Assembly: GCA_964016885.1 (NCBI GenBank) | Contig: OZ024740.1 | Coordinates: forward strand, 237,026,001-237,090,000 | DNA length: 64,000 nt | Direction of reading: 5' to 3' | From: Eledone cirrhosa | Taxonomy: Eukaryota | Shown here: positions 50,180 to 64,000 of the stretch, in pieces | How the letters are laid out: every line of letters begins with the position of its first letter | How positions within the stretch are numbered: the stretch's first letter is position 1 | The notes under the pieces: generated by a model | Database searches by the model: none | The model's input: the letters and a program-made list of their open reading frames with translations, nothing else | What the model was told of the DNA's origin: nothing | Position numbers and translations under genes: made by a program

Positions 50180-52010
50180 ACATATCACACCCTGCCACCT
50201 GTCACAGACCTTTGTCATCTTCACAAGGTTCAGTCTCTTCAGATGAGACTTCCTCCCATGTTTTCCTAGGTCTCTCCCTTTAACTTTGAGTACTTGACAC
50301 TTCTTTATACCACTGTCATCCTCCATGCACATTATATACTTGTACCAGTGCAGTCTTCTCTCTTGCAAACTTCATCTGAATTTTCTTAAATCCAGCTTTT
50401 CTCTCAGCTCATTTGTGATCCACTGTTCATGTACACTAACATTACACATCTAATGGAACAGGCACACAACATTTCTTTCCAGCCTCTGCAAATTATTCAC
50501 ACCAATGATCCACAACTTGCTACCATGCAGCATCTTATTTTATATACAAGTATCATACAATTTATTCTTTAATCAAAGATGGAAAACCTTTGTTGCCAGC
50601 AGAGGTAATAACTAGACTTTTTCCACCTTGATCTAACTCTGGCTAGTATGCTTTCAAAATAGCAATCTTCACTGTTCATTAGCTATTAACAAATTGGGAA
50701 TTTGAAGGAATCTGTTTCATGCATATTTATACTGCTTCTGTGTATCTGCAAAAATATAATGTCTACCTTCTCTGTAATCTTGCCTTTGACCATATTTTAT
50801 GCTGGGTAGATCATATGGAATTTCTACCTACTCCTCTTAGGTAATTTTAGAGACCTCTCAGATTCTAGTTTTTTCTTTAAATCATCCATAGATTCAACTA
50901 TGAGAGCTAGGCATCAACATATGGAATTTCCTCCTTAAATACCTTCCTTGTGGCATTTGAGGCTCTAATAAAAAATACCTGTTTACCAAAGAGTGGTGGC
51001 TGACAACCAAGTCCTGGTGGACACCAGCCTGCACACTAAATTCATCAATTCATTGCTAACTCATATCTTACTAACAGAATCCCCTGTACATAATTGTCAT
51101 GGCTCTCACAAGCCTTTCTTTATCTCTAATTTCCTACAAAGTAGGGAATCATGTCAAAAGTTTTCTGTCTCACTAGGGAGAGGATATTGGTAGTACCCCT
51201 TTTGGTATAAACCCGAACTGCCTTCTGTTAGACTACTTCAGTTCCCAATCAGTTGTGCTATGTCTCTTTGAGTAACTTTCATAACTTGTTGCATTAGTTT
51301 AATGCCTCTGCAGTTGCCTCTCTCTAGATAATCTTCATTCTTGTACATGTTGATAATGATATTGAACCATCAGATATTGGATATGGTAACTCACTGTATT
51401 GACTATGTGAATGACTAGTGCATTGTCTACTTTGCCAGATATTTTCAGCAACTTAGAGACTATCTCTGATGGTGCAACTGCTTTCAAGCCTTCAAATCCT
51501 TGTGCCTTTGAATGTACAGCTACCAATTGCAATGGCTAATCCCTCAGTTGGGTCTGTTAGGAGTAGACCCTCTCTCTTTGTTTCTCATGCATTCCCCTAA
51601 TTCAACAATCTCTGGTAGTGGCATTTTCATGATTCTTTTCAGTGTCATTGAGAACAGTAGTGGTGCAATTATTCTCCTCTTCCTCCTCATATACATCAGC
51701 TAGTACTTCACTGAACCTAGAGCTGGTTACTGGGCCTTTCAACTTTCATATCTTCTTTTTTCCAGACTGTCTTGTGTCTCTGGCTCCATCTAGCTCTTAT
51801 TCTGAAGTCATTAATTTCTAATCTATATTGACTAGGGAAAGACTTACTAATCACAACCATCTGTCTATTCTGTTTCCCCAGAGAGTGTGTGTGAACTCTC
51901 TCTGGTCAGTGTGTTCTTCTAACTGATAGATGATCAGAAGACTGGCAAGTTTTTCAAAGCTAGTGTTGCAAATGGTTAGGTCATTTGTGTCACAGAACAT
52001 TTAGAGCCAA
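50180..52010 (-). mobile_element. Decayed RTE LINE of the PHD family
   Basis: QERRLHWY..MCMEDDSGIKKC, LKAVAPSEIVSKLLKISG and EN remnants (FCDTNDLTICNT). Eroded PHD-like sequence lies at about 50720-50840. Confidence 0.7.
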
Positions 52011-52637
52011 ACACACACACATATCAGGTGGAGAGTGAATCAGTAGAGTGTGAGACAAAATAGCTTTTGGTATTTGGTTATAATCCTTTACAAAATTCAT
52101 TATATCCCTTTCAAGATTGATAAACTATGTACAAGTTGAAGCATTGATATGGGTGGAGGGTCAATATAAATGACTAACCTTTTCAAAGATGTACCTAGCA
52201 TAGCAACAGTTCGACCAAACAAACTGAAAATAAAATTACACATACAAAAGATAGAAAAGAGAAAGAAAGAAGAGAAAAGGAAGAAGAGTAATTATTGAAT
52301 CTTTATGAAAGAAAGTGTTCAAGTTTTCAGATGACAAAAAGAGTAAAATATAATGGAAGCTGCCATTAATGCCAGGATTATATATTTCTTGTATCTTGTC
52401 TCTTCAAGTTATCAAGTCACTACTAATTAGTTGTTAAGAATCAAAGGAAAAAGAAATATAAAATGATTTTGATAACTGGAATCAATAAACTCAATTTATG
52501 TACATGCATAAATCAATCAATCTCTCTCTCTCTTACACACACATATATATATATACACATATATATATTTCTATATATCAGCATATGTGGCAGAAACATA
52601 GAAGAAATTATTTTTAGGTGATAAGTTGCTTTATTTG

Positions 52638-52971
52638 ATCATCATCATCATTTTACGTCCACTTTTCCCTGCTTGCAAGGGTGGGACGGGAACTGATTCT
52701 GGCTTGATTTCTACAGCTGGATGCCCTTCCTAACACCAACCTCATTTACAGTGTGGGCTGGGTGCTTTTTTGCCATGACACCTCCACGACCACTTTGCAG
52801 TGGAATGATATGGACCCCAGTCCCTATCATCTCATTTCTACAGCTGAGTAAACTGGAGCAATGTGAAATAAAGTGTCTTGCTCAAGAAAACAACACATCA
52901 CCTGGCCTGAGAATTGAACTCACAACCTTTCGATTGCAAGGCCAATGCTCTAACCACTAAGCCATGTGCCA
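52638..52971 (-). mobile_element. SINE family B
   Basis: Nearly identical to the other B copies. Confidence 0.9.
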
Positions 52972-53129
52972 TCATGATATCATATAGCTAATGTAATTTT
53001 AAATATTTTAAAATACAGGATCTGGCAGAGAATCCTGATGATTTTTAAAAATTTGACAGATGGGGGAGGAATGACAGGATTAGTGGCACTGAACAGTACA
53101 TTTGATGCCATTTCAGGAGCTATAAAGCA

Positions 53130-54150
53130 CCGGATAAAAATCTTTTTTTTTTTAAGCAGTGAGTGTTACTCAAATGTTGCGAAATATCTGTTTGCATTCT
53201 AATGTAAGTCATCATGAAACAGTGCCTAGTTGGAATACAATATTGTTACAGGTAGAAAACCAGGTTGACCAGTTCAGTACTGAAAAAAAAAAGCCTATTA
53301 GGAGGTTTGTGGGTGAATACTGGAGAATATTGATCTATTAGTGGGATTGTATTGAGCATGGAGCATCACTGGGCATTTCTGATCGTAGCGTGCTGAGGAT
53401 CTTAAATTAAAATTTAGTCCTCATAAGGTTATGGTTGCTCAAGAAATAAATCAATATGACTGGAAAGCTGGGAAACAGTTACAGAATACATGCTTCGAGA
53501 AAACATTGTTCTTTTCATGAGTGATGAAGTGTATTTATATCTGTCAGACTGCAAAAGTATATCTTCCACTATTGGTTGAACAGCAATCCACAACAAATTT
53601 ATGGGTGTCCCCTTCACTGTGAATATGTAACAATGTGGTGCTGTATATCAAACTTTAGTAAAATAGCCTTATATTTCTTTGAAGAGTGTGGACATGTGAA
53701 TTATAATCATTATATCTTTATATATAATATGGCAGCGGATTGACAGTATTGGTAGAGCATCAGACACCATGCTTTTCAGCATAGAGTTATGTCCCTTTAC
53801 GTTCTGAGTTCAAATCCCCACCAAGGTTAACTTTGCCTTTCATCCTTAAGGGGTCGATAAAATAAGGCACCAGTAATACACTGGGGTATTTGCTGGCCTT
53901 GTGCCAAAAGTAGAAACAATTATATGGTTTCAGCAAAACAGAGTAACTGCCCAAACAGGAAAAATTTCCTTGGATATTATTAAAGAAATATTTATGGTTC
54001 TTGCCACTTCACAATGCTGTGACATGCCATCATCTGCACTCTCAGTTTGTGGGTGCCGCAAAAGGAAGTAAATGTTTGACAAACTCTACACTCCAGATGA
54101 ACTGTAAACTGCAATGTGTCATGGAATTATGGCAATATCTTAAGATTTGG
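53130..54150 (+). mobile_element. Decayed Tc1/mariner-superfamily transposase, interrupted by SINE A
   Basis: SVTQ..VPS.NTI, FMSDEVYLYLS, HYW..NP..PLH..VTMWC.IS..YFFE and WFQQNRVTAQT (canonical WFQQDGATAHT). Confidence 0.75.
53731..53922 (+). mobile_element. SINE family A
   Basis: Full consensus. Confidence 0.85.
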
Positions 54151-54183
54151 TGTGGTGTGCAAGGCAGATCAAGTAGACTAGAG

Positions 54184-54374
<191 letters not shown>

Positions 54375-54849
54375 GACTAAGATTGAACAACAAGTGTGTG
54401 CTTGAACAAATGGGAAGGCTAGTCTACAAGTATGTGTGAAAGGACTAAGATTAGACAAGTGTGTATGTGAAAAAAATGGGAAGATTAGACTACAAGTGTG
54501 TGTGTGAAAGAATGGAAAACATTTGGATACATTTTAAGCAGTTTCTTATATGTTTAAAAACAGGACACATTGTTCTGTACATTCCGACAATAAAGGTTGC
54601 TAATATTCTATATCTGCCAATATTGTAATCAATTAAAGACCCATCAACTCTCCCTGACAGATCCAGTAAAAGTGAATAGATAGATGCTTGGGAATGTAGA
54701 AGGCAATGCAACACAAGGGAGGGAGGAGATAGTGGGGTAAATGAAAGAGGTAAGGTGAGTGGAGAAAATTATGGGAGATTTACAGAGAGGAGGAACGTGC
54801 TGACCTTGCTCTCAGAACTAGTATATGCTCGCTTTACAATCAAAACAAG

Positions 54850-57165
54850 GTAAAAAATGATATATCTGTTGTTGACTTTCTAGCCAGACTCCACCATCAA
54901 TATGATTCTATGAGAGACCATGATAACCACACAGTTGGGCCAAGACCAGCTACAGACACAGAAGGTAATACTCCTAAAGAAAAGGATTGTAAGTTGTGAG
55001 AGCAAATAGTGGAATTACAACTGCAAACTAAATCTGAGGAGAAACAGTTTACAGTTGAATAAGCATCCATATCACAAATCAACATTGAACTTGTTGATAA
55101 TAAGGATAGGATTAACAGTGAATTTCTAAAAGTTGGGGACTTTGAAGTAACAATTGCTGTTTCCAAGGATAGAGTATGAGATGGGCTGTGTTGAAGCCAA
55201 GTGAGATGTCACTATATTGTGCATTTTTTTTCTTCTTTTACCGAGAATGATGTCTCATCTAATATGAATATATTAAACAGTTATTCTGGGTGGAGTATTG
55301 GGAAAGGGTGGAGAAAATTAGACGATCGAGTTCCATGTTATGAAAGTTCTCATGTACACAAGGAAAGCTATATTGCATGAAAAGATGCAATTAAGGCAAC
55401 AACAAGCACAGCTTCAACATCGATTTATAATTATATTATTAACCAGATAAAGGCTGAAATTAGTAACTGGAAGAAAATTCTTCATTGCATTCTTGATAAT
55501 ATCCTACTTTTGTTAAAGAAGGGACTTACTTTCTGTGGTTTTTCTAAACAGATTTATGAATGCCATAATGGAAGTTGGGAGATTACTATTCAGCTTCTGA
55601 GTAAATATGATCCTTTATTATCTGAACGTGTTATAATGTACAGATTGCACAGGAAAATGAAACAAGGCTCTAAATACAGTACTTAATGAATAATATTCAG
55701 AACGAATTCATTGAAATCTGTGGTTTATTTGTGCAAAAGTACATTATTGAGGAAATAAAATCTGCAAAGCATATTGCAATTGCTGTTGATAGTATAACTG
55801 ATTATTCTCACAAAGAACAGCTTTCAGTCAAAATCAGATGTGTGGAAAGGGCAGATGGCAGCTTTTCAATTGAAGAATGCTCTCTCTCATTTTATGAATT
55901 TTCCACAAGAGCAAATGATGAAATTGCAAAAAAAAAAAAAAATATTAAACTTCTTAGGATATCTTAATCTGAATTTTGAAGACTGTGTGGATCAAATATT
56001 TAATAATTGTTTCTACGTTTGGCACAAGGCCAGCAATTACCCAGTGCATTACTGGTACTTTATTTTATCGACACTGTAAGGATGAAAGGCAAAGTTAACC
56101 TCGGCGGGATTTGAACTCAGAATGGCAAGGGCCAGTTTCAATATAGATGTGGTCCTCTTAAAGGAGAATGAGAATGAGAACTGCATTTTCTCCAGCTGTG
56201 TAATTCATAATCTGAATCTTGTTGGTATGGCGTGTGTTGAAGTTTGCAAAGAAGCTATAACATTCTTTAGAATATTACAGAAAATGTTCAATAGCTTCCC
56301 TAATGGTAGGACATATCTCACTACATAGATAATGTCAAAGACAAAAGGGTCAGTACGAATTTGGCTTTTGGATAGTGTGAGAAATGCAATGGCTAAGCTA
56401 AGTTACAAATTTGACAGCAAAATGTAAATCTGATATTTGAAGTATCAAAAAATACTTGGATACCATTGAATGCATACAGGTGTCGGCTATTTGAATTAAA
56501 GCCATATTAGATATGGTTAAGCATAACAATCAATTATAGGCAGATATTCTGAAGATGAGAGAGAAATGGAACACTAAACTTCAAAAAGCACAATATGTTT
56601 CAATAAAAATTGGTGAGTCATAAAGTTTTGATTATTTAAGGGGCCATCCAACTCAAAAGGATGCTGAAAATTACTTTAGAATGAATGCTATCTTCAAAAT
56701 AATTGGTTGTGTTGTCATTGGTCTTTGCCATCACTTTTCTGCAGTCAGGGACATTTGTGGAGTATTCTATTGTTGGAGGCATATTAGGAAGACGAGAATG
56801 ATTTATCACATAATGTTGGTTTCAGCTGGGATACTCGAATCATATTTCAAGTAACATGCAGGGCAAAGTGTCCTTCTTAAAAGAATTTCTGATGTAAATT
56901 TCAAACTCAGCTATGATCCTAAAGAAAATGAATAGTGAAATATTGAAATTGAGATTGGGCAATGTTTTTCCAAATCTTCACATCATGTTGCCCATTTTAT
57001 GTCATTGCCAGCAATGTACCTTAGGTCCCAAATGATCCTAAACTGTTTGAATGGATTAGTAATCTTGAACATTAACAGTAAAAAGGCAAAGTTTGATTGA
57101 CTTTTCTAGTGATGAATTTGCTCAGAGAAAAGCACAGAAATCGTTTCTGAATGTGAAGAAGCTCA
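54850..57165 (+). mobile_element. Decayed hAT transposase (DUF4371 / ZMYM1-like type)
   Basis: LAFCG, QLLSKYDPLL, IQNEFIEIC..IIEEIKSAK..IAVDS.TD.SH.EQLS..IRCV, C..H.LNL and C-terminal FPNL..DEFAQRKA. Confidence 0.8.
56001..56135 (-). mobile_element. SINE family A, 5'-truncated, inside the hAT element
   Basis: 3' two thirds of the consensus. Confidence 0.85.
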
Positions 57166-57370
57166 CTGATGTGTAACAAAGAATCTAAATCACTATCATA
57201 ATAGTTGCTTTGCGCTAAAAATACTGTCAACTCTAATATTGGTGTCAGCACAAATTATGTCCCACGTTGTCAGGTGTTCTACTCATCTTTTCTTTTCGTG
57301 CCAGAGCTGGATATTTGAGCCAGAACATCTAAAATGACAATCAGCTGTCAGATTTACTTTTTCCTCAGTA

Positions 57371-58802
57371 TATGAGTTCTGCCAAAAAAGTATTTGATCT
57401 TAGAGTGACCCACATATATACACAGTGGATTTCTACAGTTTCTGTCTACCAAATTTCACTTAAAGCCTAAGACTATAGTAGAAGCTCTAGGTACTAGGCA
57501 GTGAGAGTAAGCCTGAAACTTTGGGTTGTTTAGCACTCATGGTGGAGTTTGAGAGAAAATGAGATCTTTTGACTAAGATTGGGGAAAAAAATTATGTACT
57601 TGGTGGAGTTCAATTTCTAATCCTCATCTAAGTAGGCCCCTTGTGCCTCCACATATTTAGCCCAGTAATCCTTCCATTGTTCGAAATACTTCATCGAGAA
57701 TGGTTCTTAGCTCTGCCATTGCAGTCTGGATGATGTCCTCTTGGCTCTCAAAGTGGGAACCCTTTGGTGGTATCTTCATGTTTTGGAACAACTAGAAGTC
57801 AGAAGTCGTGTCTGGAGAGTATGGAACCTGACAAATGAGCAAAATGTCTTTCTTTTCAAATGACCGAGGTATTGTCATGATGCAGCTACCAGTTTTGCAA
57901 GGTCCACATATCCAGACTCTTGTGCTGAACTGCAACATGAAGGCTTTGGAGGACTTCTTGAGAGTAGTCCTTTGTAACTGTTTGTCCTTCTGGTGCATAT
58001 TTATGATGCACAATAACTCAGTAGTTGAATAAAAAAAATAATCAGCATTACCTCCATTTTGCTCCATACTTGAAATGTTTTGGGGGGCCTTGGTGATTTT
58101 TGATGCTTCCATTGTAATGACAGAGCTTTGGTTTCTGGGCCATACCCACATCTCATTTCCAGATTTCATGATATTCAGGCTCTTAGGTACCTTGTTTGCA
58201 GTATCCAGCTGGTCCCAGAGAACCTCAAGTTGAAGTTATTGTTCCTGAGATAAACAGCCTGAGCACAAATTTCGCTGCCATTCCTACAGGCCCAAATACT
58301 CCATGTGCAGAATCTTTACTGATCCCAACCTCATCAAGGATTTCCAATACAGTCAAACAATGACCCTCCATTATGATGGTCCACACTTCCTTAATAACAA
58401 CATCATTGCAGCTTGTTGAAAGCCTCTTAGAACAATGGTCACTTTCCCTCAATGTAGTTATTTTTAAACTTGCTGAAACATTCTTTTATTTGGGTAATAT
58501 CCATGGCACTGTCACCAGATGATTGTTGGATTTTGCAAAACATTTGTTTGGGTATCTCCAAACTTGATGTTAGATCATTGCTCCACATGTTCTGTCATTA
58601 CAGGCAAACTGAAAATGAAATGTGTTAGTGCAGCACCTCATATGCTAGCTGCCTGATAACCACTGATACATCCAATGAAGTCACCAAAATCCATGCATGT
58701 GCATGAATGTAGGCAGCTCTATTCTGCACACTTTTGTCTCCCTAAACTTATTACTTGCCACAGGAAAATATTAAGTCTGATACTTTTTCAACAGACCTCA
58801 TA
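57371..58802 (-). mobile_element. Full-length decayed mariner transposon with TIRs
   Basis: TIRs TA-TGAGTTCTGCCAAAAAAGTAT and TA-TGAGGTCTGTTGAAAAAGTAT. Motifs LTV.EI.DEVGIS, GNEMWV (canonical GDETWV), PYSPD..SDF and C-terminal W..YVEAQGAY. A SINE C is inserted at about 57420-57535. Confidence 0.8.
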
Positions 58803-59529
58803 TATGACTACCTTCCATTTCTCTGCACTTGTATATGGTGTTCGCTTAGACATCATAGTCAAGAGTAACAACTCCATTATGTAATAACACATGTTCATAA
58901 ATAAAAACACCTCTACTTTCACTAGTTCTCATGTAACAACACAACCACATATACATCACCATATAAACTGACTAGTAAAATTGAGTATAAACTTATCTCA
59001 GTATACTATCATTATCAAAATGAAATTGATTTTTAAGAAAAATTGATTGTGTGATTTCCACAATTGGCTTTACATCAGGTGTACTTTTATGGTTATGGTC
59101 AACATTAGTAAAGTTTAAAGGTCACTTTTCAATTTGTCTTTTGTTTCATTTTGGATGCATGAATTTTTCCAGTGTAACAGCTTTAATTGATAATAATGGA
59201 AATATGATTTTATTCATCAATATTCCTTTTATTGAGAAACAATTTATATATTAGTGTATATAAAAAAATCTATATTAAAAAAAATGGAGAAAAAAAGTGA
59301 GAGAAGATCCCCACATTCAATTACATGCCAGAAGGGTGGAAGGATTTTCTGGGGAAAATTTTATGAGGCAACCCAACCCATGCACAGTATTTTTGTGGGT
59401 GATATTGTAGAATGTGTAGAGGAGTAGTGGTGTTGAAACTAGAGTGTGTAGAGCTGTTGTAACAATGTACAATGCATTAAGCAGAAGAGCTTAATGTACA
59501 GTGAGTAGAAATATAACCATATTGTAGAG

Positions 59530-59785
59530 CAGTGTTTCTCAACCTTCTTACCCTTGAAATAGTTTTCATATCTCAGGAATCCCCTGCATATAAATTATTA
59601 TATACCATTATTAAAATCTATCTCTTTCATATTTTTATTGTAGTTCACATGGTAAACAAGAATTTTCCAACTATTTGCTGTATGTGTATAGTAAAATTAA
59701 ACAAAAGTTACTAAAAAATGCATTAGCTTATTTATCACTGTTTGTTGCGAAACCCCTAGCACCCTTTTGCGGAACCCGGGTGTAG
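59530..59785 (+). mobile_element. hAT/Charlie-like non-autonomous element, partial
   Basis: Starts TAGAG-CAGTGTTTCTCAACC, typical of Charlie-type termini. The right TIR is not clear. Confidence 0.45.
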
Positions 59786-59799
59786 AAGATGAGAAATGT

Positions 59800-60205
59800 T
59801 GTAATAATACAGTACAGTGTGTAGAAATATTTTAACATTGCTGTACAGTGTATTGATGTGTTGTAACAATACTGTATGGTGTGTAGTGTTATAACAATAC
59901 TGTACAGTGTGTAGTGTTATAACAATACTGTACAGTGTGTAGAGTATGTACAATGTGTAAAGTATGTACAATGTGTAGATTAGAGTGTTGTAACATTACT
60001 GTACATTGTGTAGAATATGTAAAATGTGTAAAGTAGAGTGTAGTAACAATATAGTACAGTGTGTAGAGTATGTACAATGTGTAGAGTAGTGTTGTAACAA
60101 TACTGTATAGTTTGTAGAGTAGTAGGACTTGTAATGATACACTGTGGCAGGGTAGGTATTGAAATAATATTGAACAATGTACAGTGGAGAATTGTTGTAA
60201 AACCA
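59800..60205 (+). repeat. Degenerate minisatellite (TACAGTGTGTAGAG..GTTGTAACAATACTG)
   Basis: Recurring units of about 17 and 29 bp. More eroded units occur at 59405-59530. Confidence 0.8.
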
Positions 60206-61841
60206 TCCTACTAATTCAATAATTCCATTTTGTTAATGCTAATGTAACATAACATGAATGGTTCCTAAATAGAACTGTTGTTAAATTGATATCTATTTCA
60301 GGAAACCTTACATATTCTTAGTAATTAAATCTATTTAAAAGTGGACAGAATTTAGTACATTTAAATAGGGAGCCTCGTGTTAAGAGCCTTTTCATGGCTG
60401 TTTGGTCACTAAACACAAAATAAAGAAACATTAACTGAAAATAAAGAATAATTTAATATAGCAATTTCAATTCAATAAATTATTAAACCTATCTTTAAAT
60501 GCATTTTAATGAAAGGGAAGGTAGATGATTTGCATGTCCATGTCGTGTTAAAGACATTAATGATATAGAATATCAAAAGATATTCTTCTAACAAGGCGCT
60601 AAATTATCATCTGTAGAAAATTAAATAAATTGAAATGAAAGAACAGGAAAATAAAACATGATAGGAAATATAGCTATTTTATACAGAAGTTGCCAAAATG
60701 GCTGATGCCTTTTGTTATATTACACTATGTTAATTATCACACCTTATACCAACATTCTAACTTAATTAGCAAACTAATTGATAACTTCACAAATAAGACA
60801 TCATTATGCAGCCTAATGTTTGTTTTGTTTTCTATTAAAGAAGAAATTTCAATCAATATGACTGATAAGAAACTACTGAAATACATGCACCCTACATTAA
60901 ATGGCATGGTAAAAATCTTTCTTCTTTTTTAAGCAAATACTAGAATGTCTAGTTCCAATGTTTTATTTCCATAAAACACATTAAATCAGTATGATTAAGA
61001 CAAAGAGCAATTAGTAATACATCACACAATTTTTTTTGGTTATTTCTAAACTAGAAATGTATCTTAGTTCATTGTCAATAGATATAACTGTGAGATGTAA
61101 TGGGGAAAGCAGGTGTCAGATATTGGCTACTGATGAACATTTTTTTAATCATAACTTCATTTGTTTGTAACAAAGTTTCAGCAAATAAACATTCCAATTT
61201 ATATCTAAAACAAACAGTTCATATTTAGAAATTCTGTAAACTTAATGATTTTTCAATATTAATATAATATTGAACTAGGAATCATAAAAAAAGATAGATT
61301 TTTTTTAAAATAACAATAATCAACTAGAAACATGGTTATTTGCTTAGGTTTGCCTTGCAATCATAATTCCAAGTTCAAACATACTACACAGTACCTTGGG
61401 AAAGTGTCTTCAACCAGAGAACCACGTTGATTAATACATTGTGAATAGAATTTACTACACAGAAACTGTATATGTGTATGTGTGTGTGTGAGGGGGGGGG
61501 GTACTTATCATGATTATCATCTCTCTCTAGTGCAGTTGCAACAATAAAATGCACCTGTTACACTCTGTAAAGTGGATGACAAACAAACAAAGATAATAAA
61601 TGATAGAAAAGGCTCTTTTGTCACATAAGGAAGATTGACAACGTTTCTATTGATGATGTCATAATAAAATGGATCCAATACACTCTAAAGTGGTTTGTGT
61701 TAGGAAGGGTACCAACCATAAAAACCCTGCCAAAAATGGCATATACAAGTAAAATGTCATCCTTTGAGCCATCTAAGAGGGCAAAAACCCCAAATAAAAA
61801 CTGAGTCAAGCTAATGTAAAATTATGAGGATGATTATGTAT

Positions 61842-63670
61842 GTCATCATCATCATCATCATCTTCGTTTAACGTCCACTTTCCACGCTAGCATGGGTTAG
61901 ACGGGAGTTGTCCCACTTGAGGCAAGGTTGGTCGGGTGACCGTGTCTCACTCATATAGGACTATCTGGCAGGTTTTCTACGGCTGGATGCCCTTCCTAAC
62001 ACCAACCACATTTACAGTGTGGAACTGGGAACTTTTTACCGTGTTACCTACACGGGCACATTACAGCGTGGACTGTGTGTTTTTTTCTCATGACACCTAC
62101 ACGATCTCGATCTCATTTATCTCATTTATTTGGACTGGATGTTGTGGTACCAACTTTATAGAGAGAGGGTGGTGTTGGTGGGAGTGGGAGGATAGGGTAG
62201 GGGTAGTGGATTGGGGTGTATATTTGGTTAAGAGGTGCCTACTGACTGTAGGTTTCACTTTGTACAGAGGCAAGGCGGGTCTTCTGTATTACTGCGTAGC
62301 GCCAAAGATCTCGGTCCAGTGACATTGTCTTGGAGAGGTGTAAGTGTGTAAGGTTGGAATTTATCAGATCATCCCAGGTTTTTCTGGGTCTACCTACTCC
62401 GTAACTACCATCAAATTTGATCGCCCTGCACTTTTTTATACAGCTGTCGTCTTTCATGCGCATCACATGGCCATACCAACGTAGTCTTCTCTCGAGTAAA
62501 CAGCATCTGATCCCTCTTATTCTTAATTTCTTACTTAGTTCATTTATGCTTTGCCGTTCACGTATATTACTATTACACATCCAACGGAGCATGCATACTT
62601 CGTTCCTTTCCAGTCTACGCAGGTCCTCTGCACACAATGCCCATGTCTCACTGCCATGTAACATTGCTGTTTGTATACAAGCATCATACAATCTGCCTTT
62701 CATTTTTAGAGAGAAACCTTTTGTGGCCAACAGCGGTATAAGCTCTCTGAACTTTTTCCATCCCATTCTGACTCTGGCTACTGTACTTTCAGAACACCCT
62801 CCACCACTGCTGATTCGTCACCCAGGTAACGGAAAGTGTCTACTATTTCTATAGAACCATCTGGGCAATAGAAGAGGCTAGTATCCTGTGGACAGTTGCT
62901 ACCTATTGCACCTGAGCATCGGCCACATATAAAGTCTACGTTCTTAGATAGTTTACCTGTGATCCCACTACATCTTTTATGTACCCATACTTTGCATTTG
63001 GTTATTGGTGTCACAGAATTCCAGGATTCTGAAGCCTTCCTCATTTCTATTTCCAACCCCATAGCCTCCATGGATTCCATCATAGCCATCACTATGTTGT
63101 CCAACGTGGCCATTTAGATTGCCAGCAATAATTAGGTAGTCGCTGTCGGTTATTTGGGAGGTAGTGTGCATTAGCGTCTCATAGAACCTGTCCTTTATAA
63201 CATCAAGTAGACCAGATTGGGGTGCATAAGCGGATATTATTGTCACAGTAGTTTTATTTAGAACTAGCCTTATTTTAATTATTCTGTCATTTACTCTATT
63301 TACGCCGATTACCTTATCTACCCATTTTTCAGCTAACATAATTCCTACTCCACCCAGTCCGTTGTCGTTTCCCACCCAGAAAAGTTTATAGCATCGTTTT
63401 TTTACCCACGATGAATCTGGCAGACCCCCCTCTCCACCTAGTCTCTTGAATACAACAAACATCAACTTCTTTACGTTCAAGCATCTCTACAACCTCATTT
63501 CAGCGACCTTTCAATGTGCCTACGTTCATGGTACCAACTCTGAAGTTGGGAGGGTGGGATGGATGGGTTGGAGGGGCAGGGAGGGGTGTAGAAGACGGAA
63601 TGTTGTTGGTCATCCGTGTCTGAAATAAAGAGGGGTCCTTGTATTCTCACCTTGCAGCGGGAGGTGAATT
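61842..63670 (-). mobile_element. PHD-family RTE LINE with 5' UTR, endonuclease, RT core deleted, PHD C-half, thumb and long 3' UTR
   Basis: FRVGTMNVGTLKGR, VDVCCIQETRW, GGVGI, ISAYAPQ, GNLNGHVG and LEFCD join near 63000 to KCKVWVHKRCSG..FICGRC, FRYLG and GWKKFREL (ORF 62239-62766). It has an (ATG)n tail. Confidence 0.9.
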
Positions 63671-63894
63671 TATCTTTATCTGTGACATTGTCATTGAGTG
63701 CTTAGACTTTTCAAATTTCCGCAGTCAACCCATCAAACAGGTCTAAACTATTTTTTCATTATACATTGAGACTAACCAATTTCTATATCCTTTGCCAATA
63801 TATATAGGCAAAAGATATATAGAAACCTTCATCCATATAGATATCATCATCATCATCATCACCATTTAACATCCATTTTCCATGCTTGCATGGG

Positions 63895-63895
<1 letters not shown>

Positions 63896-63943
<48 letters not shown>
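63896..63943. repeat. (TA)n microsatellite next to an RTE tail remnant (63843-63896)
   Basis: Seen directly. Confidence 0.9.
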
Positions 63944-63949
<6 letters not shown>

Positions 63950-64000
63950 GTAAATGAAAACGACAAAGCAAACAACAGAATACAGTGAAGAAATATATTA

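Noticed and set aside
55686-55967. Host ZMYM1/PRKRIR-like gene
   Set aside because: Many stops, frameshifts and a SINE insertion indicate a dead hAT transposase.
57792-58452. SETMAR-like host gene
   Set aside because: It is a frameshifted mariner between TIRs with no SET domain.
59800-60205. Repeat array considered as CRISPR-like
   Set aside because: Units are degenerate and lack unique spacers, there are no cas genes, and the context is eukaryotic.

Overview
AT-rich, CpG-poor animal genomic DNA with no recognisable host protein-coding exon, so it is intergenic or lies within a very large intron. The repeat content points to a coleoid cephalopod, probably Octopus-like (inference): tRNA/CORE/RTE-type SINEs ending in (ATG)n, a second tRNA SINE ending in (ATT)n, and long (TA)n/(TG)n tracts. 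Nearly every meaningful ORF is transposon debris: RTE-clade LINEs, a Dong/R4-like 3' end, an L1/Tx1-like 3' end, two Penelope GIY-YIG remnants, hAT, mariner and Tc1-type transposases, MITEs and probable Helitron ends. Best leads: (1) an RTE family with a complete C4HC3 PHD finger inserted inside the reverse transcriptase between motifs 6 and 7; (2) several fold-back elements and Penelope remnants carrying minimal hammerhead-ribozyme cores; (3) a 28S rRNA fragment fused to a SINE in place of its tRNA head; (4) a visible series from LINE to RT-deleted LINE to bipartite element to SINE sharing the same RTE modules; (5) an exact 85-bp local capture at a SINE 5' junction. Coordinates were read by eye and ends of decayed elements are approximate. 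Family names come from recalled motifs, not database searches.
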